DNA of 64,000 nucleotides, from the NCBI GenBank assembly GCA_016182045.1, contig JACOYE010000007.1, forward strand, positions 98,121 through 162,120, given 5' to 3'. Below, in pieces: positions 45,673-54,075 of this stretch (the first letter of the stretch is position 1; every line of letters starts with the position of its first letter). The notes under the pieces were generated by a model, which did no database searches, was not told the origin of the DNA, and saw only the letters and a program-made list of their open reading frames with translations. A program made the translations under genes and the position numbers. The stretch is from Candidatus Microgenomates bacterium. Its GTDB lineage: Bacteria > Patescibacteriota > Microgenomatia > Daviesbacterales > UBA10151.

Positions 45673-45962
45673 TTAAAGGAACCCAGGCAGCCCGACTGTA
45701 ACGGTTACGGCATAGTGATAGAATTACACTATCTTCCCCTGGAAAAGATTAGTCTGATCCAATCTGTCCCCTTTAAATTGTAAATTCAGCTTAAATTAAG
45801 TCAGAATCTTTGTCAATCCACCAGATGTTGTATCAATACCTTGTAGTTACTCACAGAAATGGTGGGGATTGTGCTTAAATGATCCTTTTTGTACCCCTAG
45901 ACTCATTAATTTTCACGCAGTAGGATAACTCATAGTTAGCAGAAAGAAACGGTCCCTAATTT

Positions 45963-47009
45963 ATGGATGCACATCCTGTTCCTCAAAATGTCACCTCCTT
46001 CCAATTCAAATTGGTGGGGGATATGACTTTAAAACAATTTATTTATTTGGCTGCAGGGGTTGGTATTGCCTATTTTATCTTTGTCTTTCTGACAGCCGAC
46101 TACCCTGTGGTTGCCTGGCCCCTGATTGTCATCTCCACCATCCTGGGTGCAGCTTTTGCCTTTTTACCAATAGGGTCAAGGCCCCTGGATTACTGGCTGG
46201 GAGCATTTTTAAAAGCCATCTACTCCCCCACCAAAAGAGTCTGGCAAAAAAACAAGAAAAGTTACCTTCAGGATCCCCTTTTTAAAAGTAGATACGTGAT
46301 GTTTGCTTCCACTTTACATCCTCAACCGCCGATCGGTCCAATCCTCAGGCCGGTTGATCAAACCCAACCTGCCGGAACTTTACAGGTTAGCCTGGCGCTT
46401 TCACCACCTTCCCCCTCCAATCTGCCCACCCAAGAGGAACTTAAGAAAACAGTGGAGCTGGCTCGTCAGGCTCAAATATTACAAACCCAAATTATCCAGA
46501 CCGAAAGAGCTCTGGATCAAATTAGAGCAAAAGCCAATCAACCCATTGCTGCTCCCGCTGATTACACTGAGCAGGTCAACAAAATCATGACCGATTTACA
46601 AAGATTGATCAGTCAAACTTCTAATATTAAGAGCGAACTGGATGCTGTCAGTCATCCTGAGCAAACCGAACCTCAAGTTGTGGTACCTAAAGAAAAGTTA
46701 AGGGTGGTGATACCCAAAAAAACTCAACCTCAGGTAGCTTTAACCATCTTTCCCAATGTGATAAACGGTATTGTTAAAAATGTAGATGGGGATTATCTGG
46801 AAGGAGTAGTGGCAGTCATTTACGATAAAGAGGGCTTACCGGTCAGAGCTTTAAAAACTAACAAGCTGGGCCAATTTTCAGGCTCAACCCCTCTGCCCAA
46901 CGGTACATACACATTAGAGCTTGAGAAAGAAGACCTAAACTTTGATGCTTTACAAATAGAACTGGACGGTCAAATACTGCCACCGCTTATTATCACGGCT
47001 AAACAGTAA
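45963..47009 (+). CDS. T4SS-locus membrane protein: N-terminal two-TM region, Pro/Gln-rich coiled coil, C-terminal beta-sandwich-like domain
   Basis: TM helices at residues 27-46 and 50-70; C-terminal NGTYTLELEKED beta-sandwich-like segment. Confidence 0.35.
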   Translation: MDAHPVPQNVTSFQFKLVGDMTLKQFIYLAAGVGIAYFIFVFLTADYPVVAWPLIVISTILGAAFAFLPIGSRPLDYWLGAFLKAIYSPTKRVWQKNKKSYLQDPLFKSRYVMFASTLHPQPPIGPILRPVDQTQPAGTLQVSLALSPPSPSNLPTQEELKKTVELARQAQILQTQIIQTERALDQIRAKANQPIAAPADYTEQVNKIMTDLQRLISQTSNIKSELDAVSHPEQTEPQVVVPKEKLRVVIPKKTQPQVALTIFPNVINGIVKNVDGDYLEGVVAVIYDKEGLPVRALKTNKLGQFSGSTPLPNGTYTLELEKEDLNFDALQIELDGQILPPLIITAKQ

Positions 47010-47015
47010 AAATTT

Positions 47016-47765
47016 ATGAAAACAACTCAACAACATCTGGCTTTCGCCGATATCAAAGACGACCTGATTTTTCTAAAGGACGGAGGAGGGGCTTTGGTGT
47101 TACAAACTTCCGCAGTCAATTTTGGATTGTTATCGGCCCGCGAACAGGTGGCAATCATTGCTGCTTTTGCACAACTTCTAAACTCACTTTCTTTTAGCAT
47201 ACAAATTGTTGTCCACTCGGAAAGACTCAATATCTCCTCCTATCTTAATCTGTTGGACCAAGCTAAAAAGAGTCAAACCAATCCCCTTCTGTCCAAACTG
47301 ATGACTTCTTACCGCCAATTTATCCAAACCACCATTAAGGAAAACGAGGTTTTGGATAAAAAATTTTATATAGTCATTCCGCTTTTTAAGCTGGAGGTGG
47401 GACTTACTTCATCCAAAGAAGCACTGGATCAAAAAATTAAGACCGTACTTTTCCCCAGAAGAGATCAACTGATCCGCCAACTTAACAGAGTTGGCCTTAA
47501 GGCCACTCAACTGACTTCAACTAAACTGATCGATCTCTTTTATGATATCTACAACGGTGGGGAAGCAGAATTGTCACCACCTCAACCTTTAAGTGAAGCT
47601 GAACAGGTAAAACTTAATCAAGTCCAGCCAGTAATGGCACCTACAATTCAAAGCCAAAGCCCACTTCAGACCATCCCCCCTCAAGGACCAACCCCTTACC
47701 AACCATTGAGCAGTCAACCAACCAAAACCCATCCGTTTGTGGTGGAAGAATTGGAGGAAACTTAA
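47016..47765 (+). CDS. VirB4 extreme-N-terminal-like domain protein (separate ORF)
   Basis: HLAFADIKDDLIFLKDGGGALVLQTSAVNFGLLSAREQ...LNSLSFSIQIVVH resembles the first ~150 residues of VirB4/TrbE ATPases. Confidence 0.35.
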   Translation: MKTTQQHLAFADIKDDLIFLKDGGGALVLQTSAVNFGLLSAREQVAIIAAFAQLLNSLSFSIQIVVHSERLNISSYLNLLDQAKKSQTNPLLSKLMTSYRQFIQTTIKENEVLDKKFYIVIPLFKLEVGLTSSKEALDQKIKTVLFPRRDQLIRQLNRVGLKATQLTSTKLIDLFYDIYNGGEAELSPPQPLSEAEQVKLNQVQPVMAPTIQSQSPLQTIPPQGPTPYQPLSSQPTKTHPFVVEELEET

Positions 47766-47857
47766 ATTTTAAATTACAAATTTGAAATTTTAATTCAAAT
47801 TAAAATGTATTAATTTTTAATGTTTTAAACATTTAGTCATTTAAAATTGATTAAAAA

Positions 47858-49633
47858 TTGAAAATTATGAAGATACCAAAATTATTTAAAAAACCCAAAG
47901 CCCAAGAGGTTATTACTCCTCAATTAACCATTGAGGATGTCATTGCTCCTGCTGAGCTGGAGGTGGATTTTAATGAGTTGAAGATCAACAATTTTCATTT
48001 TAGGACTTATTTCGTGTCCAACTATCCCAGATTTATTGAACCTAATTGGCTGGAGCCTTTAATCTCTTTTGATCACTCTCTTTTGATTTCCATGTTTATT
48101 TATCCAACTCAACCGGCCGGTGTTTTGGATGAGTTAAAAAGAAAAATTGCCGAAATGGAAGCCACCATCCAAACCGACATAGAGAGGGGTAAGGCAGTTG
48201 ATCCGACAGTAGAGGTAGCATTGGAGGATGCCCGAACGCTTCAGGAACAACTGGTGAAAGGATCGGAAAGATTTTTCCAGTTTGCCTTGTACGTAACAGT
48301 CCCTGCTGCTACCAAAGAGGAGTTGCATAATACCTCCAAGCTGGTGGAGTCAACTTTGGCCTCTTTATCTATCACCTCCCAGCCGACCACCCTGCAGATG
48401 GAGGATGGTTTTAAATCAACCATCCCACAAGGGTTAGATCTTTTGAATCTGACTCACAATATGGATACCACCTCTTTGGCCACCACCTTCCCTTTTGCCT
48501 CATCGGAGTTGACTGCCAACGAAGGCATCATGTACGGCATTAACGAGCACAACGATTCCTTAATTTTGTTTGACAGATTCAGTTTGGAGAATGCCAATTC
48601 GGTTATCTTCGCCAAATCCGGGGCAGGCAAGAGCTATTTTGTCAAACTGGAAGCCTTAAGATCTTTAATGTTTGGAACAGAAATACTAATTATTGATCCT
48701 GAGCAGGAATATTTATCTTTATCTCAGGCAGTAGGTGGTGAGTATATTAATTTTTCTCCCTCTTCTGCTGTTAAAATCAATCCTTTTGATATGTCTTCTC
48801 AAGTATCGGAGGAAAATGAGTTAGGTAGAAAAATCCTCTCTTTGACAGCCTTTCTAAAAATTGTCCTGGGAAACTTATCTGCCCAGGAAGCAGCTATTTT
48901 GGACCGGGCCTTAAAGCAAACTTATTCGCTCAAAGGCATTACCGATGACCCCAAAACACAAAGCAATCCGCCAGCCGGCGGACCACCTTTGATGGAAGAT
49001 TTATACAAAGTGTTAATCGGCATGGAGGAACAACCCGCCCTGGAGCTGGCAGCCAGACTGGAAAGATTTATCAAAGGATCGCTGTCTGGTATTTTCTCTC
49101 AACAATCAAATGTGGACTTATCCAATTCCTTCACGGTTTTTTCTTTAAGAGATCTTCCGGATCAGCTAAGACCGCTGGCCATCCATATGATTTTAGATTA
49201 TGTCTGGACTAAGATCAGAAGCAAGTTAAAAAAAAGAATTATGGTGGTGGATGAGGCCTGGTATTTGATGAAAAATCCAGATTCTGCCGACTTTTTGGTG
49301 GACATGGCCAAAAGAGCTCGCAAATATTATTTGGGGCTGACCACCCTCACCCAAGACATCGAGGATTTTTTGGGGACCGAGAGAGGCAAGGAGATTATTT
49401 CCAACTCATCAATCCAAGTGCTACTTAAACAGGCTCCGGCCTCAATTGATCTGCTGGCTCAAATATTTAACTTATCAGAGGGGGAACAAAGACTTTTGCT
49501 ATCAGAAGGGATCGGTCAAGGGCTATTTTTTGCAGGCAATACTCATGTGGCTATGAGAGTGGTAGCCTCACCCCAGGAACATCAGTTGATCACCTCCAAT
49601 CCACAAGAAATATTGGCAAGACAAAATGTATAA
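47858..49633 (+). CDS. VirB4/TraC/TrbE-type T4SS ATPase
   Basis: Walker A AKSGAGKSY, IIDPEQEY, Walker B VVDEAW (DEAW hallmark), LTTLTQ motif. Confidence 0.8.
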   Translation: MKIMKIPKLFKKPKAQEVITPQLTIEDVIAPAELEVDFNELKINNFHFRTYFVSNYPRFIEPNWLEPLISFDHSLLISMFIYPTQPAGVLDELKRKIAEMEATIQTDIERGKAVDPTVEVALEDARTLQEQLVKGSERFFQFALYVTVPAATKEELHNTSKLVESTLASLSITSQPTTLQMEDGFKSTIPQGLDLLNLTHNMDTTSLATTFPFASSELTANEGIMYGINEHNDSLILFDRFSLENANSVIFAKSGAGKSYFVKLEALRSLMFGTEILIIDPEQEYLSLSQAVGGEYINFSPSSAVKINPFDMSSQVSEENELGRKILSLTAFLKIVLGNLSAQEAAILDRALKQTYSLKGITDDPKTQSNPPAGGPPLMEDLYKVLIGMEEQPALELAARLERFIKGSLSGIFSQQSNVDLSNSFTVFSLRDLPDQLRPLAIHMILDYVWTKIRSKLKKRIMVVDEAWYLMKNPDSADFLVDMAKRARKYYLGLTTLTQDIEDFLGTERGKEIISNSSIQVLLKQAPASIDLLAQIFNLSEGEQRLLLSEGIGQGLFFAGNTHVAMRVVASPQEHQLITSNPQEILARQNV

Positions 49634-49642
49634 TGGAACTGT

Positions 49643-51868
49643 ATGGCATTACGTGATGTCAAAAACTTTAGATTTTTATACAAGGCTTTAGAATATAAAT
49701 ACCTTCACCCACAAGCCAGTGGATATTTGGGGTTGGATTACGATCCTCACATTTATAAACTATTTTATGACACATTAACTTTTATCCAACAGACAGCGCA
49801 TGTGGATCTGAGAGATTATTTAAATATTAAAGATCCTAAAGTTTTAGAAAAATTTTATAAAGGTTTGGCCATAGATATAAGGTTAAGATTTTTAAGTAAA
49901 CCTGAAAGTGTGGCCACAGATGCTCGATATATTTTGACTGATGAGTATTATCAACAATATCCACAAGATTCAGAGGCAGAAAAAGAAGTTTTAGGGGCGC
50001 AAACATCCTCAACTGCATCTTCAGAATCTCAACAGCCAGGAATAGGATTCCCCTTTCCGGCAGGTTTAAGCGGACAGAGAATCCCCAGGAGAGTAGTTTA
50101 CATTGCACCCCAGACTAAAACTCCCCAAGCTAAATTATACGTGGCTGATAAAAGCGGCAGGGTGGTGGAAGAAAGAACCATCACTCCCACCTCAACAATT
50201 GTTAAGAAACCGGAAACACCATCAGTCTCAGAACACCCTCTGGGTGGAAAAACCATCAAAGCTGCTGAACAGCCAAAATTGGTGGTTGCAGAAGCACCTT
50301 CAAAGCAAATCTTTATTGCTGACAAAAGTGGGGCAATTAAAGGAATCCACAATATCAAATCTCCCAGCTGGTTAAAAACTTTCGGCTCAAATACCCAGAT
50401 ATTTACCAAAAAAGCTGTTAATCGTCTGGCTTCGGGCTTGACTAATTTCTTAAAGGGAGCGGGAGGAGCAGGGGGAGGTCTTTTGGGAGGTCTTGCTGGG
50501 ACAGGAGGCAGATTTTTAGGTGGCGCAGGAATTGGTGGTCTTAACTCCCTGGTATCTTTTTCTAATCAAATATCCAGAGGAAGTATTATTAAAGGCCCTC
50601 CAGGAAAATTCTGGCTGATTCTTTTGGGAGTGTTTCTTTTGGTAGGCACTATTGCCGCCATATCCCCTACCGGGCAACCAACTCCCACCGCTCAAGCAGG
50701 ACCAGTTGGACCTATAAATCTGTTAAGTTGTCAGCTTACCAGATCTGACCAAACACCGATACAAGGCTCTATTAAAAGCTCTATTCTGGTTAGATTATTC
50801 CAGGAAGCCGAACTTACCACTACAGTACCCGCAGCAGTTTTGGCAGGGATTGCCAGATTGGAAAACCCTAATTTTGTGATAAATGCCGATGATAATCATG
50901 ATGCCTTTTATGATAGAAATTTTACTGATCTGACAACTTGTACTCCTCATTTTGGCATGAGTCCCACCGGAGCATTGGGTCTAATGCAACTCCAACCGCC
51001 TGGCACAACAGGTTCATTTCCCTCAGGACTAGAACAGGGAGCTAAATTTTTAAATAAGACCTTGCAAGAGGTAAATTATTGTAATGTTAGAGAAAATATA
51101 TTCCTGGCTGCCGGATTTATTTTAAAAAAGCTACAAGGTTATAATATCGGGGATGGAACCAGGTGGGATCCTGCCTGGACAAATGACCAGAATGTTATCT
51201 ACAAGGTAGCGGAAAGTTTTTATGGCTGTCTACCCTATGGAGGTTCAAACCCTACCAAATGTGAGGGACCTTACAGTTATGGCCAGGATCTTTGGGCCAG
51301 TATCCAATCCTGTCAATCTATAGCATCACAACCTCTGGGCTGTCCAGCCATAGGAACTATCACTGGCCCTTACGGGTATAATATCCCTGATTATAATTAT
51401 CAGAACGAAGGATGTACCCCTCTTCAAAACTGCCATAACGGCATTGACATAGGTGCTTCTTTAGGTGATACGCTAGTATCAACCATTGAGGGAATAGTCA
51501 CAGAAATAGGTGACAATCATCCTCAAAGAGGTGATTATATCCAAATCTCAAATCAATCATCTGCGCTTGTCATAACCTATGAGCATATGTTAGATATCAG
51601 TGTACAAAAGGGAGAACAAATACAAAGGGGTCAAAAAGTAGGAACGGTTGGGGAGGGCGGTGAGGGTGTCAGTGGTCCTCATCTACATTATAAAATCCAA
51701 AAAAACGGAAACCTCCTTAATCCTTTTAAATATCTGGGTGATTCTTCTCCTCCTCTCCCATCACATACTCTGGCTTCATCTGATAATCTGGCAGATAACG
51801 ATTATGCTAATGTTCCCATTACTCCTGAAATAAGGGATAACTGGGGGCAGTGTAATAAATCACCATGA
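49643..51868 (+). CDS. bifunctional cell-wall hydrolase: lytic transglycosylase (SLT-like) + M23 metallopeptidase, membrane-anchored (VirB1/CwlT/TcpG analogue)
   Basis: TM at ~aa 325; GALGLMQLQP (SLT); HNGIDIG ... GPHLHY (M23 HxxxD / HxH). Confidence 0.7.
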   Translation: MALRDVKNFRFLYKALEYKYLHPQASGYLGLDYDPHIYKLFYDTLTFIQQTAHVDLRDYLNIKDPKVLEKFYKGLAIDIRLRFLSKPESVATDARYILTDEYYQQYPQDSEAEKEVLGAQTSSTASSESQQPGIGFPFPAGLSGQRIPRRVVYIAPQTKTPQAKLYVADKSGRVVEERTITPTSTIVKKPETPSVSEHPLGGKTIKAAEQPKLVVAEAPSKQIFIADKSGAIKGIHNIKSPSWLKTFGSNTQIFTKKAVNRLASGLTNFLKGAGGAGGGLLGGLAGTGGRFLGGAGIGGLNSLVSFSNQISRGSIIKGPPGKFWLILLGVFLLVGTIAAISPTGQPTPTAQAGPVGPINLLSCQLTRSDQTPIQGSIKSSILVRLFQEAELTTTVPAAVLAGIARLENPNFVINADDNHDAFYDRNFTDLTTCTPHFGMSPTGALGLMQLQPPGTTGSFPSGLEQGAKFLNKTLQEVNYCNVRENIFLAAGFILKKLQGYNIGDGTRWDPAWTNDQNVIYKVAESFYGCLPYGGSNPTKCEGPYSYGQDLWASIQSCQSIASQPLGCPAIGTITGPYGYNIPDYNYQNEGCTPLQNCHNGIDIGASLGDTLVSTIEGIVTEIGDNHPQRGDYIQISNQSSALVITYEHMLDISVQKGEQIQRGQKVGTVGEGGEGVSGPHLHYKIQKNGNLLNPFKYLGDSSPPLPSHTLASSDNLADNDYANVPITPEIRDNWGQCNKSP

Positions 51869-52320
51869 TCAGTAAAAAAAGCGTTTTGATTGTAGTTTTT
51901 ATTTTGGGAATGGTTTTGGTTTCGCTGAAATTAAGCTTACCCAAGACAGATAGTTTGCCCCAAACAAGCAAACAGCAGGTTGTGAACCAGAATGTAAGCG
52001 AAGCCTCTCCTCAAATTATTTCCACCAAACCAGATCCTTTGGAAGAGGCTATTATTTCCTCAACAGAAGTTATTGAAATTACATTTAACAGATCTTTGGA
52101 AAATGAGGGGGAACTTAAAGTGAGGATTGACCCAAAGATTGATTTTGAAATCAAGCTTTCCCAGGATCGCAAAGTGGGCAAGATCATTCCTAAAACCCCA
52201 TATGAGCTGGGTACCACCTACACCTTATTTATTGGCCCGGATACCAAGTTTGACGGGGTGGGAAGATGGGGAGAAGAAAAGATTTTCCACTTTAAAACAA
52301 TAACCTACAGGGGGGTGTGA
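51865..52320 (+). CDS. small secreted/membrane-anchored protein with Ig-like beta domain
   Basis: N-terminal TM/signal then beta-rich 100 aa. Confidence 0.35.
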   Translation: MISKKSVLIVVFILGMVLVSLKLSLPKTDSLPQTSKQQVVNQNVSEASPQIISTKPDPLEEAIISSTEVIEITFNRSLENEGELKVRIDPKIDFEIKLSQDRKVGKIIPKTPYELGTTYTLFIGPDTKFDGVGRWGEEKIFHFKTITYRGV

Positions 52321-52324
52321 TGGT

Positions 52325-53440
52325 TTATATCTTCACCGGCATGACGATAAATTCCAACCCCTCCACTCCCACCGGCTTAATCAAACAAGGCGATAAAGAC
52401 CCGGAAAATTCCATCATTAGCTGTGAAGAGGGGGCATTGCTGATGGCATCTAATAAAAATTTGGAGTTAAAGGCAATCTGCATTTGATCCCCCTCTATCT
52501 GAGCATCGACCTGATTTTGTTGGCTGCCCAACTCTTTGGCTGAAGATTCCAGACTGATCTGGTTATTTTGAGCGGTCAAAGTGGTAATATTGGTTTCGTT
52601 TTTGGCAAAAACTAAAGCCAGTTTGATGGCTTTCAACAGCTCCTCCCGATCTAGCAGCGCTCTAGTTTTAATCTCGGTGGGAATAATTTTTTCCCAGGAA
52701 GGAAACTGACCCTCAATCAACCTTGAGGAAATAATAGTTTGGCCAATGGTAAAGATGGCCTGATTTTGGTTTGGCGATAGAGAAATATTAACTTCACCAG
52801 CATTCTCTTCCCCAATAACTCTTAACACTTCCTCAAAAGTTCTTTTGGGTATTAGGCTTTTAAACCCTTCTGCTCCTCCGCCTTTGGCGTTGCTTGGTAC
52901 CAATTGTACTTGCCTGTGAGCCAGCCTAAAACCGTCTGTGGCCACAAAATCCAATTTTCCGTCTTTAACGTCAGTCAGAATTCCAGTCAAAACAGGTCTG
53001 CCTTCATCAACCGCAGCAGCATAAAGAATTTGAGCTGATGTTAAAAAAACCTCCTTGGGGAAGGTGACCCCCTTACCTTCCGATAGAGGGATAACAGGAA
53101 ATTCCGAGGCCAAGATGCCATTAATTTGAGCCTTTAGTTTGCCGGATTGAATAGATAGGATTTCTCCTGTTGCTTCCAGCTCGATTTTGCTTTGACCCAA
53201 ACCCGAGACCAGATCAACCAAAGTTTTGGCAGGAATTGTCAGCTCACCTGATGAAACTCCTTCTACCGAGACAAATTTGATCACCCCCACTTCCAAATTG
53301 GTGGCGGCAATTTTTAATTTATTACCTTCCAGGGACAATAAAATGTTATCTAAAACCGGTAAGGTAGATCGAACCCCAACAGATCTGCTAACTGATTGTA
53401 AAACAGGAAGTAAGTCTTGCTGTAATACGGAAAACTTCAT
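52325..53440 (-). CDS. dnaN: DNA polymerase III beta sliding clamp DnaN
   Basis: full-length three-domain clamp, MKFSVLQQDLL...PVLDNILL. Confidence 0.9.
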   Translation of the reverse strand: MKFSVLQQDLLPVLQSVSRSVGVRSTLPVLDNILLSLEGNKLKIAATNLEVGVIKFVSVEGVSSGELTIPAKTLVDLVSGLGQSKIELEATGEILSIQSGKLKAQINGILASEFPVIPLSEGKGVTFPKEVFLTSAQILYAAAVDEGRPVLTGILTDVKDGKLDFVATDGFRLAHRQVQLVPSNAKGGGAEGFKSLIPKRTFEEVLRVIGEENAGEVNISLSPNQNQAIFTIGQTIISSRLIEGQFPSWEKIIPTEIKTRALLDREELLKAIKLALVFAKNETNITTLTAQNNQISLESSAKELGSQQNQVDAQIEGDQMQIAFNSKFLLDAISNAPSSQLMMEFSGSLSPCLIKPVGVEGLEFIVMPVKI

Positions 53441-53442
53441 CT

Positions 53443-53895
53443 TTAATCTCCTTTCCGAGAAGTGACAAACTTTTGTATTTCTTCCTCAGTCACCTTAATC
53501 AATCTGAAATTTACTCTTCCGGCAGCAATTAGGTTTTTAATGTGTTTTTCCTCATCTGTCAATAGGTTGTTTAAACCGCTTTTGACTTCAATAAAATCAA
53601 TTCTTTGGTTATTTTTAATACCAATAAAATCAATCGGCCAACCTAAAGGGATAATCCGGTCATAATCATATCTCAGCTCGGCATAAGTTAAAAGCTCGGC
53701 CATTCTGCCTTTTTGGGGATTAATGGAACCTTGGATAACCTGTAACACTTTGGTGGGTAGTTCTTGTAAACCTTTATATAAATCAATCAAATCCGTGGGA
53801 ATATCTTGTGGTTTTCTCCCATGTAATCTGCCAATTAAATAAGCAACTACCAAAAATAGAATTAATATTCCGATTACCCACCAATTAGTATTCAT
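53443..53895 (-). CDS. membrane-anchored PD-(D/E)xK-like nuclease-fold protein (hypothetical)
   Basis: N-terminal TM; D...IDFIEVK motif; located between dnaA and dnaN. Confidence 0.35.
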   Translation of the reverse strand: MNTNWWVIGILILFLVVAYLIGRLHGRKPQDIPTDLIDLYKGLQELPTKVLQVIQGSINPQKGRMAELLTYAELRYDYDRIIPLGWPIDFIGIKNNQRIDFIEVKSGLNNLLTDEEKHIKNLIAAGRVNFRLIKVTEEEIQKFVTSRKGD

Positions 53896-54075
53896 AAACT
53901 TATCAACAAACTGTTCGATTATACATTAATTTTAAATATATTAGTAATATTAATATACTAGGTGGATATGTTGATAAACTTCACCTATAAATTCAATTTT
54001 CGATTTAATTTCGTGTTAAAGCAGTGTTAATTTTTAGTGGATAAGATGTGGAAAAGTGACAATTCCGGTGGATAA
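53896..54075. promoter_or_regulatory. putative oriC: AT-rich unwinding element plus >=4 DnaA-box-like 9-mers (GTGGATAAG, TGTGGAAAA, GGTGGATAA, GGTGGATAT)
   Basis: seen directly at 53961, 54037-54045, 54047-54055, 54066-54076. Confidence 0.5.

Noticed and set aside
38690-45680. Possibility that the R repeats form a CRISPR array
   Set aside because: Repeats are 60-140 bp, imperfect, kb-spaced and separated by full genes with promoters; no cas genes; not CRISPR-like.
38690-45680. Calling the cassette array an integron outright
   Set aside because: No IntI-like tyrosine recombinase or attI visible in the window, and R elements lack the obvious attC inverted-repeat architecture on inspection; kept as integron-like hypothesis only.
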